A stretch of 60,390 bases of DNA from an uncultured Clostridia bacterium (lineage in GTDB: Bacteria > Bacillota > Clostridia > TANB77 > CAG-508): contig CANRES010000003.1 of the NCBI GenBank assembly GCA_947629625.1, positions 1 through 60,390 on the forward strand, written 5' to 3'. Positions 48,715-58,716 of this stretch are shown one piece after another; positions within the stretch are counted from its first letter, which is position 1, and the number at the start of each line of letters is the position of its first letter. The notes beneath the pieces were generated by a model. It had not been told where the DNA came from. It ran no database searches and saw nothing but the letters and a program-made list of their open reading frames with translations. A program made the translations under genes and the position numbers.

Positions 48715-48743
48715 TTGACAAAATTTACATATAGTGGTATTAT
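48715..48743 (+). promoter_or_regulatory. sigma-A promoter of capA-like gene
   Basis: TTGACA-17-TGgTATTAT. Confidence 0.55.
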
Positions 48744-48793
48744 GTAGTTATGGTACATTATTATGTAATTTATTAAAAAAGGAGATTGATACC

Positions 48794-49981
48794 ATGAAAA
48801 AAATACGGAAAAACCTTTTTACACCAATTGCATTGACAATATCTGTTATCTTAACTGGGTGTACACCTGTTGTTGAAAGTTACAATGCTAAAGAAAATAA
48901 TAATTCTATCAGCAATGCAATTAATTCACAAATGGAAGTATTACCTATTAAAATAACAGAAAAAACTACTACCATACCATCTGAAATTGAGACATCTATT
49001 GCTACAACAAGTAATGTAACAACTGAAATTTCAACCACTACTTCTATTGAAGAAATAGAAAGTGAAACTCCTAAGCAAATTACCATATCTTTTTTAGGAG
49101 ACTGTACTCTTGCCTCTCAGAAAGGTCAAGAAGAAACTGGAAATATGATTAACTATCTTAACACAAAAGATACTTCATATTTCTTTGAAAAATGTATGGA
49201 CATTATAGACAATGATGATTTTACCATTGCTAATTGTGAAAATACATTTTCGGACATTAACGTTAAAGGCATTTATAAAGATTACTCCCCTGCTTTTTGG
49301 TTTAGAAGTTCTACAAAAAATGCTGCTGTATTTGCTGATAATAGCATTGATGCAGTATCTATTGCAAATAATCACACTGGCGATTATGGAACTGGCGGTT
49401 ATGCTGAAACTAAATCTGCACTTGAAGACGTAAATGTTTTATGGGGAGATGCAGAAAATCCTATAATTCTTGAAAAAGATGGCATTAGCATAGGAATTAT
49501 TTGTTGTAAATTTTGGAGTTCTTATTATGAAGACTCTATTATTCAACAAATACAAGAACTTTCTAAAAAAACTGACCTCCAAATTGTATTTTTCCATGGA
49601 GGCACTGAAAAAGTTCATACCCCAGAAGAATGGAAGGTCTCAGGTTGTAGAAAATTTGTCGATGCTGGAGCTGACCTTGTAATTGGAGGACATCCTCATG
49701 TATTACAACCGTATGAAGAATATAATGGAGTATCAATAATTTATTCCATTGGAAACTTCTGTTATGGTGGTCATCGTTCCCCTGAAAACAGAACGGTAAT
49801 TTACCAACAAACCTTTACTTTTGATGGTTCTAATAACCTTATCCAAAGTGAAGAAAACATCATTCCCTTCTATGTGTATACAGGTCAAACTAATAATTGG
49901 CAACCTGCACCAATAGAAAATGAAGAAGAAAAAGAAAAGGTTCTTGATTTTCTTTATGGGAAAAGTAATAACTTATTTTAA
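48794..49981 (+). CDS. CapA/PgsA-family metallophosphatase lipoprotein
   Basis: Lipobox LTGC. Motifs FLGDC, IANNHTGDYG, FFHGGTE, GGHPHVLQP and YSIGNF. Confidence 0.85.
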   Translation: MKKIRKNLFTPIALTISVILTGCTPVVESYNAKENNNSISNAINSQMEVLPIKITEKTTTIPSEIETSIATTSNVTTEISTTTSIEEIESETPKQITISFLGDCTLASQKGQEETGNMINYLNTKDTSYFFEKCMDIIDNDDFTIANCENTFSDINVKGIYKDYSPAFWFRSSTKNAAVFADNSIDAVSIANNHTGDYGTGGYAETKSALEDVNVLWGDAENPIILEKDGISIGIICCKFWSSYYEDSIIQQIQELSKKTDLQIVFFHGGTEKVHTPEEWKVSGCRKFVDAGADLVIGGHPHVLQPYEEYNGVSIIYSIGNFCYGGHRSPENRTVIYQQTFTFDGSNNLIQSEENIIPFYVYTGQTNNWQPAPIENEEEKEKVLDFLYGKSNNLF

Positions 49982-49985
49982 TTCG

Positions 49986-50019
49986 AAAACTGGCACTATA
50001 TTTTAGTGCCAGTTTTTTT
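49986..50019 (+). terminator. rho-independent terminator
   Basis: 12-bp stem AAAACTGGCACT/AGTGCCAGTTTT followed by T-run. Confidence 0.8.
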
Positions 50020-50121
50020 ATTGTAAAAGAAAAATAGAAAATTTTTCTGTATTTTACAATTTGAGAAAATTGTGTTATAATAATATTACTATAAAATATT
50101 TTCTTTAGGAGGTATACTTTT

Positions 50122-50400
50122 ATGAACAAACAAAAGGTAATAGCAATGGAAATTGAACAACGGACTCTCAATGCAGCACATTATATAGTAGAAAACAATT
50201 CTACTATACGGACAGCCGCTAAAAGTTTAGGGTATTCTAAAACTACAATTCATACTGATTTAACTAAGAATTTACCCTTATACGATAAGAACTTGTTTAA
50301 ACAAGTCCAATTGGTTATTACCAATAATAAGCGGGAACGTGCTATGCGAGGTGGAATGGCATTAAAGAAAAAATACCTTTCGTTAAATCAACAAAAGTAG
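50122..50400 (+). CDS. spoIIID: stage III sporulation protein D
   Basis: HTH pattern YIVENNSTIRTAAKSLGYSKTTIHTDLTKNLP..RGG, matching the SpoIIID layout. Confidence 0.8.
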   Translation: MNKQKVIAMEIEQRTLNAAHYIVENNSTIRTAAKSLGYSKTTIHTDLTKNLPLYDKNLFKQVQLVITNNKRERAMRGGMALKKKYLSLNQQK

Positions 50401-50401
50401 C

Positions 50402-50438
50402 AAAAAAGGTGCTGAAATAGCACCTTTTTTGTTTTTTT
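50402..50438 (+). terminator. rho-independent terminator
   Basis: Stem AAAAAAGGTGC/GCACCTTTTTT followed by T-run. Confidence 0.8.
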
Positions 50439-50521
50439 AAAATAAAAAAATTTTATATACAATTTATTTTATTTTATGATATAATAATTACATAAAAAAT
50501 TTAAATGAAGGAAGTAAAATT

Positions 50522-51490
50522 ATGATAGAAAGAGAACAAAATCCTGAATTTTTGAATGAATTTTTAGATTATACAACAACAATATTAAATAAATCTCCAA
50601 ATACAATAAAAGAATACAATTATGACTTATATAATTTTTTAAAGTTTATAATGATACATTTAAAATTAACACCAGAAAAAGATATTACAAAAATAGACAT
50701 ATCAAATTTTGATATAGAAAATCTTAAAAAAATTAAATTAGCCGATATACATGCCTACTTATATTATTTAAAAAGTACATATAGTAGTAAGGCCGCAACT
50801 CTATCTAGAAAAACCTCAAGTATTAGGGTATTTTTTAAATATTTGAGAAAGTCAAATTTAATAGAAGTTAACCCTGCCCAGGATTTAGAAACACCAAAAT
50901 TAGATAAAAGGTTACCAAAATATTTAACTTTAGATGATAGTAAAAAATTATTAAATGTTGTTAATGAAGAAAAAAGAAATAAAGAAAGAGATTATGCTAT
51001 AATTACAATATTTTTAAATTGTGGAATACGTTTATCAGAACTAGTTGGAATTAATATAAAAAATATAAATTTTAGTGATTGTAAATTAAATGTTATTGGT
51101 AAAGGAAATAAAGAACGTACTATTTACTTAAATAAAGCATGTATGACTGCTATAAATAATTACTTAGAAGTTAGAAAACATGATGGTGTTAAATATGATG
51201 CAAAAGATGCTCTATTTTTAAGTGAACGTGGAGAACGAATTAGTAATAGAACTGTTCAATATATAGTAAAAAGAGAATTACAAAAAGCTGGCTTAGATAT
51301 AAATAAATTTTCTGTACATAAATTAAGACATACTGCTGCCACTTTAATGTATCAATATGGAAATGTAGATATTCGTGCTTTACAAGAACTTTTAGGTCAT
51401 GAAAGCATAGCAACAACTCAAATATATACACATGTTAATAATGAACAAGTTAGAAATGCAGTAGATAGTAACCCACTAGCTAATATTTAA
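50522..51490 (+). CDS. tyrosine recombinase (XerC/XerD family)
   Basis: Catalytic motifs GIRLSEL, HKLRHTAAT and LGHESIATTQIYTH. Confidence 0.85.
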   Translation: MIEREQNPEFLNEFLDYTTTILNKSPNTIKEYNYDLYNFLKFIMIHLKLTPEKDITKIDISNFDIENLKKIKLADIHAYLYYLKSTYSSKAATLSRKTSSIRVFFKYLRKSNLIEVNPAQDLETPKLDKRLPKYLTLDDSKKLLNVVNEEKRNKERDYAIITIFLNCGIRLSELVGINIKNINFSDCKLNVIGKGNKERTIYLNKACMTAINNYLEVRKHDGVKYDAKDALFLSERGERISNRTVQYIVKRELQKAGLDINKFSVHKLRHTAATLMYQYGNVDIRALQELLGHESIATTQIYTHVNNEQVRNAVDSNPLANI

Positions 51491-51582
51491 AGAAGACTTT
51501 TTATGAACTATACCCCAACAAGTAAAGTTCATTACAAGCCTTCTTTTTTATATTTTTATATTATCTTATTTTTCATATTATC

Positions 51583-51888
51583 TTATATTGTTGGTATCAG
51601 TATTTCTTGATTTATATATAGTTTATCATTAGATAATTTATTAGTATTTTTTATATTATTTACTATATATCTAATATCTTTGTTTTGATAGTATTCATTA
51701 TTTGCTTGTTCTTGTTTTGCAATAGACCATAAAGTATCTCCACTTGATACATATTTTGTTTTAAATCTAGTTTCTTTGTGTGAAAATGTTTTGTTACTTA
51801 TTCCTATTAATACACTAAAAATTACTATGAATAATAATATTCCTATACTTTTTACAAATCTTTTTCTATTTATTATTTTAACTTTCAT
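51583..51888 (-). CDS. LysM-domain membrane protein, YneA-like (SOS cell-division inhibitor candidate)
   Basis: ~100 aa, one TM, LysM (YVSSGDTLWSIAK...INQEILIP). LexA box in its promoter. ATG at 51888 follows GGGGG. Confidence 0.65.
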   Translation of the reverse strand: MKVKIINRKRFVKSIGILLFIVIFSVLIGISNKTFSHKETRFKTKYVSSGDTLWSIAKQEQANNEYYQNKDIRYIVNNIKNTNKLSNDKLYINQEILIPTI

Positions 51889-51941
51889 CTCTACAACCCC
51901 CATTTTAAATTTTTAAGAGAATATTTGTTTGGTATGAATAT

Positions 51942-51970
51942 ATTATAAACGAACAAAAGTTTCTTGTCAA
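51942..51970 (-). promoter_or_regulatory. consensus promoter with embedded LexA (Cheo) box
   Basis: Minus strand reads TTGACA-17-TATAAT. The spacer contains GAAACTTTTGTTCG (51950-51963), close to CGAAC-N4-GTTCG. Confidence 0.65.
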
Positions 51971-52049
51971 TACTTTTTTTAAAATTTTTAAATTTTTTTA
52001 TAATTTGCATAAAAAAAAAGCCTCCTACTTCTAGGAAACTTTTTAAAAT

Positions 52050-52295
52050 TTATTTTGAAATTATATTATTTATACAACTAGAACAAATATTTTTGTTTGA
52101 ATAATTTGTTAAATTTTTTGTACTTCCACAAAAAATACAATTTGGTTCACTCTTTCTTAAAATAATTGATGAGCCTTCAACATATATTTCTAATGGATCC
52201 TTTTCTTTAATTTCAAATTTATTTCTCAGTTCAATTGGTAATACAACCCTTCCTAATTCATCTACTTTTCTAATAATTCCTGTTGATTTAAGCAT
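52050..52295 (-). CDS. abrB: AbrB/SpoVT-family transition-state regulator with C-terminal CxxC...CxxC
   Basis: MLKSTGIIRKVDELGRVVLPIELR. C-terminus has CIFCGS....CSSC. Confidence 0.8.
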   Translation of the reverse strand: MLKSTGIIRKVDELGRVVLPIELRNKFEIKEKDPLEIYVEGSSIILRKSEPNCIFCGSTKNLTNYSNKNICSSCINNIISK

Positions 52296-52442
52296 AAAGT
52301 ACCTCCTATAAATATATATTTTTCAACATCCTTTTATTAAAATTTGCTTTTCCAAATTTAGTTAATTTTACTATATAAATTATAAACTGTCAATATTTTT
52401 TAACAATATTTTCCAAAATTTTTATTTTATAGTCAAAAAAAA

Positions 52443-53012
52443 TTATATTTCTTCTGAATGTAACATTATGTCATTTCTCGTTATAATTGTATTTGGATGA
52501 ACTAGTCTTCCCCTTTTTATATTATCTTGTATTGCAATATTTAGGCAATAAATCATTGCTTTATCTAAACTTTTATTTGATATCTCAACTGCCTCTTCAA
52601 TATCTTCAAAATTTCTTGTTTTTTCTGTTTTATCTGCTAAAAATATTATTTTATCTAATTTTGTCATATTTTTACTACCTGTTGTATGTAATTCTATTGC
52701 TTTTTTCATATATTCTGTAAAGCCATATTTTTTGCCACACATATCTGCTCCAATTTTTCCATGCAATAAATATAATTGTTTTTCTTCTATTTCATCTATT
52801 TCTATATTATTTTCTTTTATATATTCTTTTATCTCGTCTTCTTTTAATTCTTTTGCAATATCATGTGTTATTCCAACAAGTTTTGCAATTTCTATATCTT
52901 CACCATGAATTTTTGCAAGCTCTTCTGCTCTTTCCATAACTGCTACTGAGTGATTATATCTTTTTTCTGATAATATTTCTTTTACTTCTTTTTGTATTTG
53001 TTCTAAATTCAT
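52443..53012 (-). CDS. yqeK: HD-domain bis(5'-nucleosyl)-tetraphosphatase YqeK
   Basis: RYNHSVAV..GITHDIAK HD motif, 189 aa. Confidence 0.8.
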   Translation of the reverse strand: MNLEQIQKEVKEILSEKRYNHSVAVMERAEELAKIHGEDIEIAKLVGITHDIAKELKEDEIKEYIKENNIEIDEIEEKQLYLLHGKIGADMCGKKYGFTEYMKKAIELHTTGSKNMTKLDKIIFLADKTEKTRNFEDIEEAVEISNKSLDKAMIYCLNIAIQDNIKRGRLVHPNTIITRNDIMLHSEEI

Positions 53013-53069
53013 TTTTAATTCCTTTCTAAAATTATTTTAGGGCAATTATTATTGCCCTAATTATTAAAA

Positions 53070-54068
53070 TTATATATTATTTTTTGTAAATCTCCAAGCG
53101 TCTTCACACATTTCATCTAATTCTTTTTCTGCAACCCAACCTAATTCTTCTTTTGCTTTTGTAGGGTCTGCAAAACATGTTGCAATATCTCCTGGTCTTC
53201 TATCTGTTATTCTATATTTTACAGTAACACCATTTACCCTTTGAAACGCATCAACAATTTGTAAAACTGAATATCCGTTTCCTGTTCCTAAATTGTATGC
53301 TTCTACTCCTGTCATTTCTCTTGCTTTTTTTAATGCTTTTAAATGACCTTTTGCTAAATCTACAACATGTATATAATCTCTTACACCTGTACCATCTATT
53401 GTGTCATAATCATTTCCAAATACATTTAAACACTCTAATTTTCCAATTGCTACTTGATTTATATATGGCATTAAATTATTTGGAATTCCATTAGGGTCTT
53501 CACCTATTTTTCCGCTTTTATGTGCTCCAATAGGATTAAAGTATCTTAATAAAATTACACTAAATTCTTTATCTGATATATATACGTCTCTTAAAATTTG
53601 TTCTATCATTAATTTTGTACTTCCATAAGGGTTAGTTGTTGATAATGGAAAATCTTCTTTTATTGGAACTGTTTTTGGTGTTCCATATACTGTTGCTGAT
53701 GAGCTAAATACTATTTTTTTGCAATTATATTTTTTCATTATTTCTAATAATATTAATGTACCTGTAATGTTATTATGATAATATTCAATTGGCTTTTGAA
53801 CAGATTCTCCAACTGCTTTTAGACCTGCAAAGTGTATTACTGATTCGATTTTATTTTCTTTAAAAACATTTTCTAATTTTTCTTTATCTAGTAAATCTAC
53901 TTCATAAAATTTAAAATCTTTTCCTGATATTTCTTTAATTTTATCTATCATTTCTGGCTTACTGTTAGAAAAGTTATCTACAATTACTATATCCTCCCCT
54001 GCTTCTAATAATTCAATTACTGTATGGCTACCTATATAGCCTGTACCACCTGTTACTAAAACTGACAT
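53070..54068 (-). CDS. galE: UDP-glucose 4-epimerase
   Basis: VTGGTGYIGSH Rossmann motif, YGSTK (YxxxK). Confidence 0.93.
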   Translation of the reverse strand: MSVLVTGGTGYIGSHTVIELLEAGEDIVIVDNFSNSKPEMIDKIKEISGKDFKFYEVDLLDKEKLENVFKENKIESVIHFAGLKAVGESVQKPIEYYHNNITGTLILLEIMKKYNCKKIVFSSSATVYGTPKTVPIKEDFPLSTTNPYGSTKLMIEQILRDVYISDKEFSVILLRYFNPIGAHKSGKIGEDPNGIPNNLMPYINQVAIGKLECLNVFGNDYDTIDGTGVRDYIHVVDLAKGHLKALKKAREMTGVEAYNLGTGNGYSVLQIVDAFQRVNGVTVKYRITDRRPGDIATCFADPTKAKEELGWVAEKELDEMCEDAWRFTKNNI

Positions 54069-54083
54069 AAAAAACCTCCTATT

Positions 54084-54671
54084 TTATATATTCATATATA
54101 ATTTTTTATATATTTTATAATTATTTAATATTTTTCTTACATAATTATTTGTTTCTTTAAATGGTATATTTTCTGCATCTGAACCATCTTCTTTAATAAT
54201 GCCTTTTTCTATCCAGTTGTTTACATTACCTATTCCAGCATTATATGCAGCCAATGCTAAAATATAATTTTGATTATAATATTCTATTAATTCTGAAAAA
54301 TATTTTATCCCTAATTGAATATTATCTTCTGGATTATATAAAGTTGTATTGCTATTATACTCCAAATTTATATTTTTTGCAACCTGTTGTGCAGTTGAAT
54401 CCATTAACTGCATTAAGCCCATTGCTTTACTAGAAGATATTACATTTTCATTAAAATTGCTTTCTGCTTTAATTAAAGAAAATATTAATAATGGGTCAAC
54501 ATCATATTTTTCAGAATATTTATATACAAATTCTGCATAATCTGTTGGATATATCTTTTTTAAAATTATATTTTCAATATTTAAAATTTTTAAGATTAAT
54601 AATAGTAAGACTACTAATAATATTAATATTAAAAATTTTTTTAACATTTTTAGCAAATTCTTTTCCTCCAA
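54084..54671 (-). CDS. lytic transglycosylase (SLT domain), membrane anchored
   Basis: N-terminal TM. Motifs AESNFN..AMGLMQL and AYNAG. Confidence 0.85.
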   Translation of the reverse strand: MEEKNLLKMLKKFLILILLVVLLLLILKILNIENIILKKIYPTDYAEFVYKYSEKYDVDPLLIFSLIKAESNFNENVISSSKAMGLMQLMDSTAQQVAKNINLEYNSNTTLYNPEDNIQLGIKYFSELIEYYNQNYILALAAYNAGIGNVNNWIEKGIIKEDGSDAENIPFKETNNYVRKILNNYKIYKKLYMNI

Positions 54672-54677
54672 TAAACA

Positions 54678-57384
54678 TTATTTTGCATCATACCAATTCT
54701 TGCCTTCTTCAACTTCAACTTTTAATGGAATATCAAATTTTACTACGTTTTCCATTGTATCTTTTAATAGTTTTTTTACTATATCTTTTTCATCTTCTGT
54801 TGCTTCTATTATAAGTTCATCATGAACTTGTAATACTATTTTAGATTTTAAATTATTTTCTTTTATTTTTTTATATACTTCTATCATAGCCATTTTCATT
54901 ATGTCTGCTGCTGTTCCTTGTATAGGAGTATTCATAGCAGCTCTTACTCCAAATTGTCTTATGATAAAATTTTTAGATTCTATTTCAGGTATATATCTTC
55001 TTCTATTAAATAATGTTTCAACATATCCCTTTTCTTTTGCAATTTTAGGCATTTCTTCCATAAAGTTATGAATACCTTTATATTTATCAAAATATTGGTC
55101 TATATATTGTCTAGCCAATTTTCTTCCTATTCCTAATTGTTCTCCTAAACCATAATCACTTATTCCATAAACAATTCCAAAGTTAACTGCTTTTGCTTGT
55201 GTTCTTTGTTCTTTTGTAACTGTATCCATTGGTATATTAAAAACTTTTGATGCTACTTGAGCATGTATATCCTCATCATTATTAAATGCATCTATCATTG
55301 TTTCATCTTTTGAGATGTGGGCTAATACTCTTAATTCTATTTGAGAATAATCTGCATCTATAAATATACCTTTTTCTGCTTTAAATACTTTTCTTAATTG
55401 TTTTCCTAAATCTAATTTCGTAGGTATGTTTTGTAAGTTTGGCTCTGTACTACTAATTCTACCAGTTGCCGTTACTGTTTGATGGAAATATGAGTGAATT
55501 CTATTTGTTTTTTCATTTATATATGGTAATAAACCTTCAACAAATGTTGAGTTTAATTTTGCAAGTTGTCTAAATTCTAATATTTTTTCAACAATTGGAT
55601 GTTCACTTTTTAATTTTTCTAAAACATCTACATCTGTTGAATAACCATTTTTATTTTTCTTTATTACAGGTAAATTTAATTTTTCAAACAATATTACACC
55701 TAATTGTTTTGGAGAATTTATATTAAATTCTTCTCCACTAATTTCATATATTTCTTGTGTAATTATATTCATTTTATTTAATATTTCTTTACCAAATTCT
55801 ATTAATTCTTGCTTATTAATATACATACCATTCCATTGCATATCTGCTAATACTTCTAATGTAGGCATTTCTATTTTTTCAAATAATTCATATTGATTTG
55901 TTTCTTTTAGTTTTTCTATTGTTGTATAATATAGTTTATCAATGCAATATGCATAAGTACAATATAATTCTTTATTATCATTTTCTTCTATGGCTTCAAA
56001 TAATGTTAGTTGATTATTTTCTTCTGTTTTCTTTCCAGTAATAGTAAGATATTCATCTATATCAAAATCTAAGTATTTTAGGCTTAAATCCTCTATACTA
56101 TATTTTGCATTAATTGAATTTAGAATATAACCTGCTATTTCTACATCAAATTTTAAATTTGTTATATTTATTCCAATTTGTTTTAGTAAAATATAATCAC
56201 CCTTTTGTTTATATCCTATTTTTTCTATATTACTATTTTCAAATATTTCTTTTAATACTGGTAGAAATTCATTATTCATTTTTAAATAATATACTGTATC
56301 TTTTATATAAATACATATATTTGTTATTTCTTGTTTAATAATTAATGTATTATCGTTAGAGTCTTTGGTTTTTAAATAATATATTATTCTATTTTCAGTT
56401 TCTATTTCTTTTTTTATTTTCAATAATTCTTCTAATTTATCAATTTCTACTATATTGTATAATTGAGATAATTTTTTTAATTTTTCTTCTTCTGTATCTT
56501 TTAAATTAAATCTTTCTATATATCTATTAAAATTTAATTTTTTGAATAATTTATATACTTCTTGTTTATTCCATTCTGTTACTTTAAAATCTTCTAATTT
56601 TTCTTCTATTGGTACTTTAACATTTATTGTACCTAATGTTCTAGATAAAAATGCTAAGTCTTTGTTTTCTAAAATTTTATCTTTTAATCTTCCTTTTATA
56701 TCTGTTTTTCCTGCTTCAATTTTTTCATATAAATTTTCTATTGTATTATATTTTTTTATTAAATTTAATGCAGTTTTTTCTCCTATTCCGTGGTATTCCG
56801 GGAATATTATCAGATTTATCTCCCATTAATCCTTTTACTTCAATTAATTCTTTTGGTAATATTCCATATACTTCAAGTACTTTTTCTTTATCAAAATCTT
56901 CTTCCTCTGTTTTACCTGCCTTTGTTCTTGGAATTCTAATAGTTACATTATCTGTTGCTAATTGGAATGTATCTCTATCGCCAGAAAGTATTGTTACTTT
57001 TAAGCCTCTTCTTGCTCCATATCTTGCAAGTGTTCCTAAAATATCATCCGCTTCGTAACCTTCTTTTTCTATAATTTTTATATTCATTGCTTTTAATACT
57101 TCTTTTATAATAGGCATTTGCACTGCAAGTTCATCAGGCATTCCTTTTCTTGTACCTTTATATTCTTTATATAATAGATGTCTTGCAGTTGGGGCTTTCA
57201 TATCAAAGGCTACTACCATATATTCTGGCTTAATATCTTCCATTATTTTAAACATTATTGCAAGAAATCCATATACTGCATTTGTATATGTTCCATCTTT
57301 TGTCATTAGTAAACTATTTCCCATAATGCCATAAAAAGCTCTATTTAAAATACTATTTCCATCAATTAAAACTATTTTTTCCAA
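54678..57384 (-). CDS. polA: DNA polymerase I, reading frame broken by one extra base at 56789
   Basis: 5'-nuclease part at 57384-56746 (GYEADDILGT). Pol part at 56423-54678 (DYSQIELRVLAH, QVHDEL). The 56424-56788 stretch is open in the pol frame and reads GIGEKTALNLIKKY... Confidence 0.9.
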
Positions 57385-57386
57385 AT

Positions 57387-58685
57387 TTATTTCTCCTTTT
57401 TATTTTCATCTATTATATATAAATTATAAATTGCTAAAAACAGACATGTATAAATTATACAATTATTCCTATATGTAAAAAATTTATGTTGTAAATAGTG
57501 TTCCTTCATAACTAAAATCCATAATACTACAACCAATGAAACAAATAAATATAGTAATATTGCTTTATAATTAAATTTTAAATTTTTTAAACTTTTACAT
57601 TTTATTAATTTAATAAAAGTTAAAATAATTGTTGTTATTACAGATATAAATAATGGTATAATAACATATATTACATTTAAAAGATACATTATATCAAAAT
57701 TAAATTTAACACTATCATTATTAGATCTATATAAAAACTGTTTTAGTGAAGTTTTTATTAAATCTCTGTTGTATAATAAATCAACTAATACCCACTTAAT
57801 AGCAAATACTCCAAAATATCCAATTGCCCACATAATACAATATTTAAATAAATTTAATAAAGTTTCTTTTAAATTTATATTTTTTTGAAGCAATACATAT
57901 ACTAACAATGGTATTGATAAAGTTAATATAGGAACACTTAATAAATCAAAAAAACTTGTTAATGCACCAATTATTAGAAAAAACATATATTTATCTTTTA
58001 TGTCTTTTGATAATAAAATTATAGATGAAATAATTGCTATTAAAAATACTGGCGTATTTTGTAATGATATTCCTATATAAAAATAATCACACATTAGTAA
58101 ACCACATAAAAATATAATTGCAATACTTAAATTAGTATTTTTATATAATTTATATAGCAATGCTATTGCTAAAATTGCAAATACACATAAGAAAATATGT
58201 CTTATTTGAGTAATATTAAATAAAATTAACATTGGTCTTAAAAAAATTAAATATCCATGCCAATATCTAGCATATTCAAAACTTTCTATTGTATCATTAT
58301 TTACAGTATCATTTAAATCGCCAACTTGATTTAAAGATTCATATTTTGAAGATGATTTTAGCTCTCCTGCCTCATCTGGATAGATAATTTCTGTTTTACC
58401 TTTTATATAATTTTTTCTAGCCATCATACTTGAATAAAATGGGGTAGAATTATCAATAGAATATGCTGTATTAATCATTAGTGAATCTGTCCAATTATCA
58501 AATTTAGTTGGTCTATTACATATATTAATAAAGTAATTATTTGTTTGTTCATTAAATATTATAGCACTTTCTTTAACTGTTTTTGTCAATGCTTCTTTTG
58601 GTATTAAAGATGTAACAGTTAATAATATGCAAAATAAAATTATTATTATAATAAATGCTGCTATATATTTTAATACATTTTTCAT
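57387..58685 (-). CDS. polytopic membrane protein (unknown family)
   Basis: 432 aa with at least 9 hydrophobic helices. Its stop codon is 2 nt from the polA start. Confidence 0.6.
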   Translation of the reverse strand: MKNVLKYIAAFIIIIILFCILLTVTSLIPKEALTKTVKESAIIFNEQTNNYFINICNRPTKFDNWTDSLMINTAYSIDNSTPFYSSMMARKNYIKGKTEIIYPDEAGELKSSSKYESLNQVGDLNDTVNNDTIESFEYARYWHGYLIFLRPMLILFNITQIRHIFLCVFAILAIALLYKLYKNTNLSIAIIFLCGLLMCDYFYIGISLQNTPVFLIAIISSIILLSKDIKDKYMFFLIIGALTSFFDLLSVPILTLSIPLLVYVLLQKNINLKETLLNLFKYCIMWAIGYFGVFAIKWVLVDLLYNRDLIKTSLKQFLYRSNNDSVKFNFDIMYLLNVIYVIIPLFISVITTIILTFIKLIKCKSLKNLKFNYKAILLYLFVSLVVVLWILVMKEHYLQHKFFTYRNNCIIYTCLFLAIYNLYIIDENKKEK

Positions 58686-58716
58686 AAGTATATACTCCCT
58701 TTTAGATAATTTTAAT

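Noticed and set aside
50522-51490. The tyrosine recombinase as the integrase of the 41.7-48.7 kb accessory block.
   Set aside because: capA and spoIIID separate it from the block. Its size and motifs fit chromosomal XerC/XerD, and no flanking att-like repeats were found.
54678-57384. polA as two natural genes, a separate 5'-nuclease and a Klenow-like polymerase.
   Set aside because: The 365-nt gap between the two ORFs is open in the polymerase frame and encodes the expected H3TH/linker sequence once one base is removed. This is a frameshift, not a split gene.
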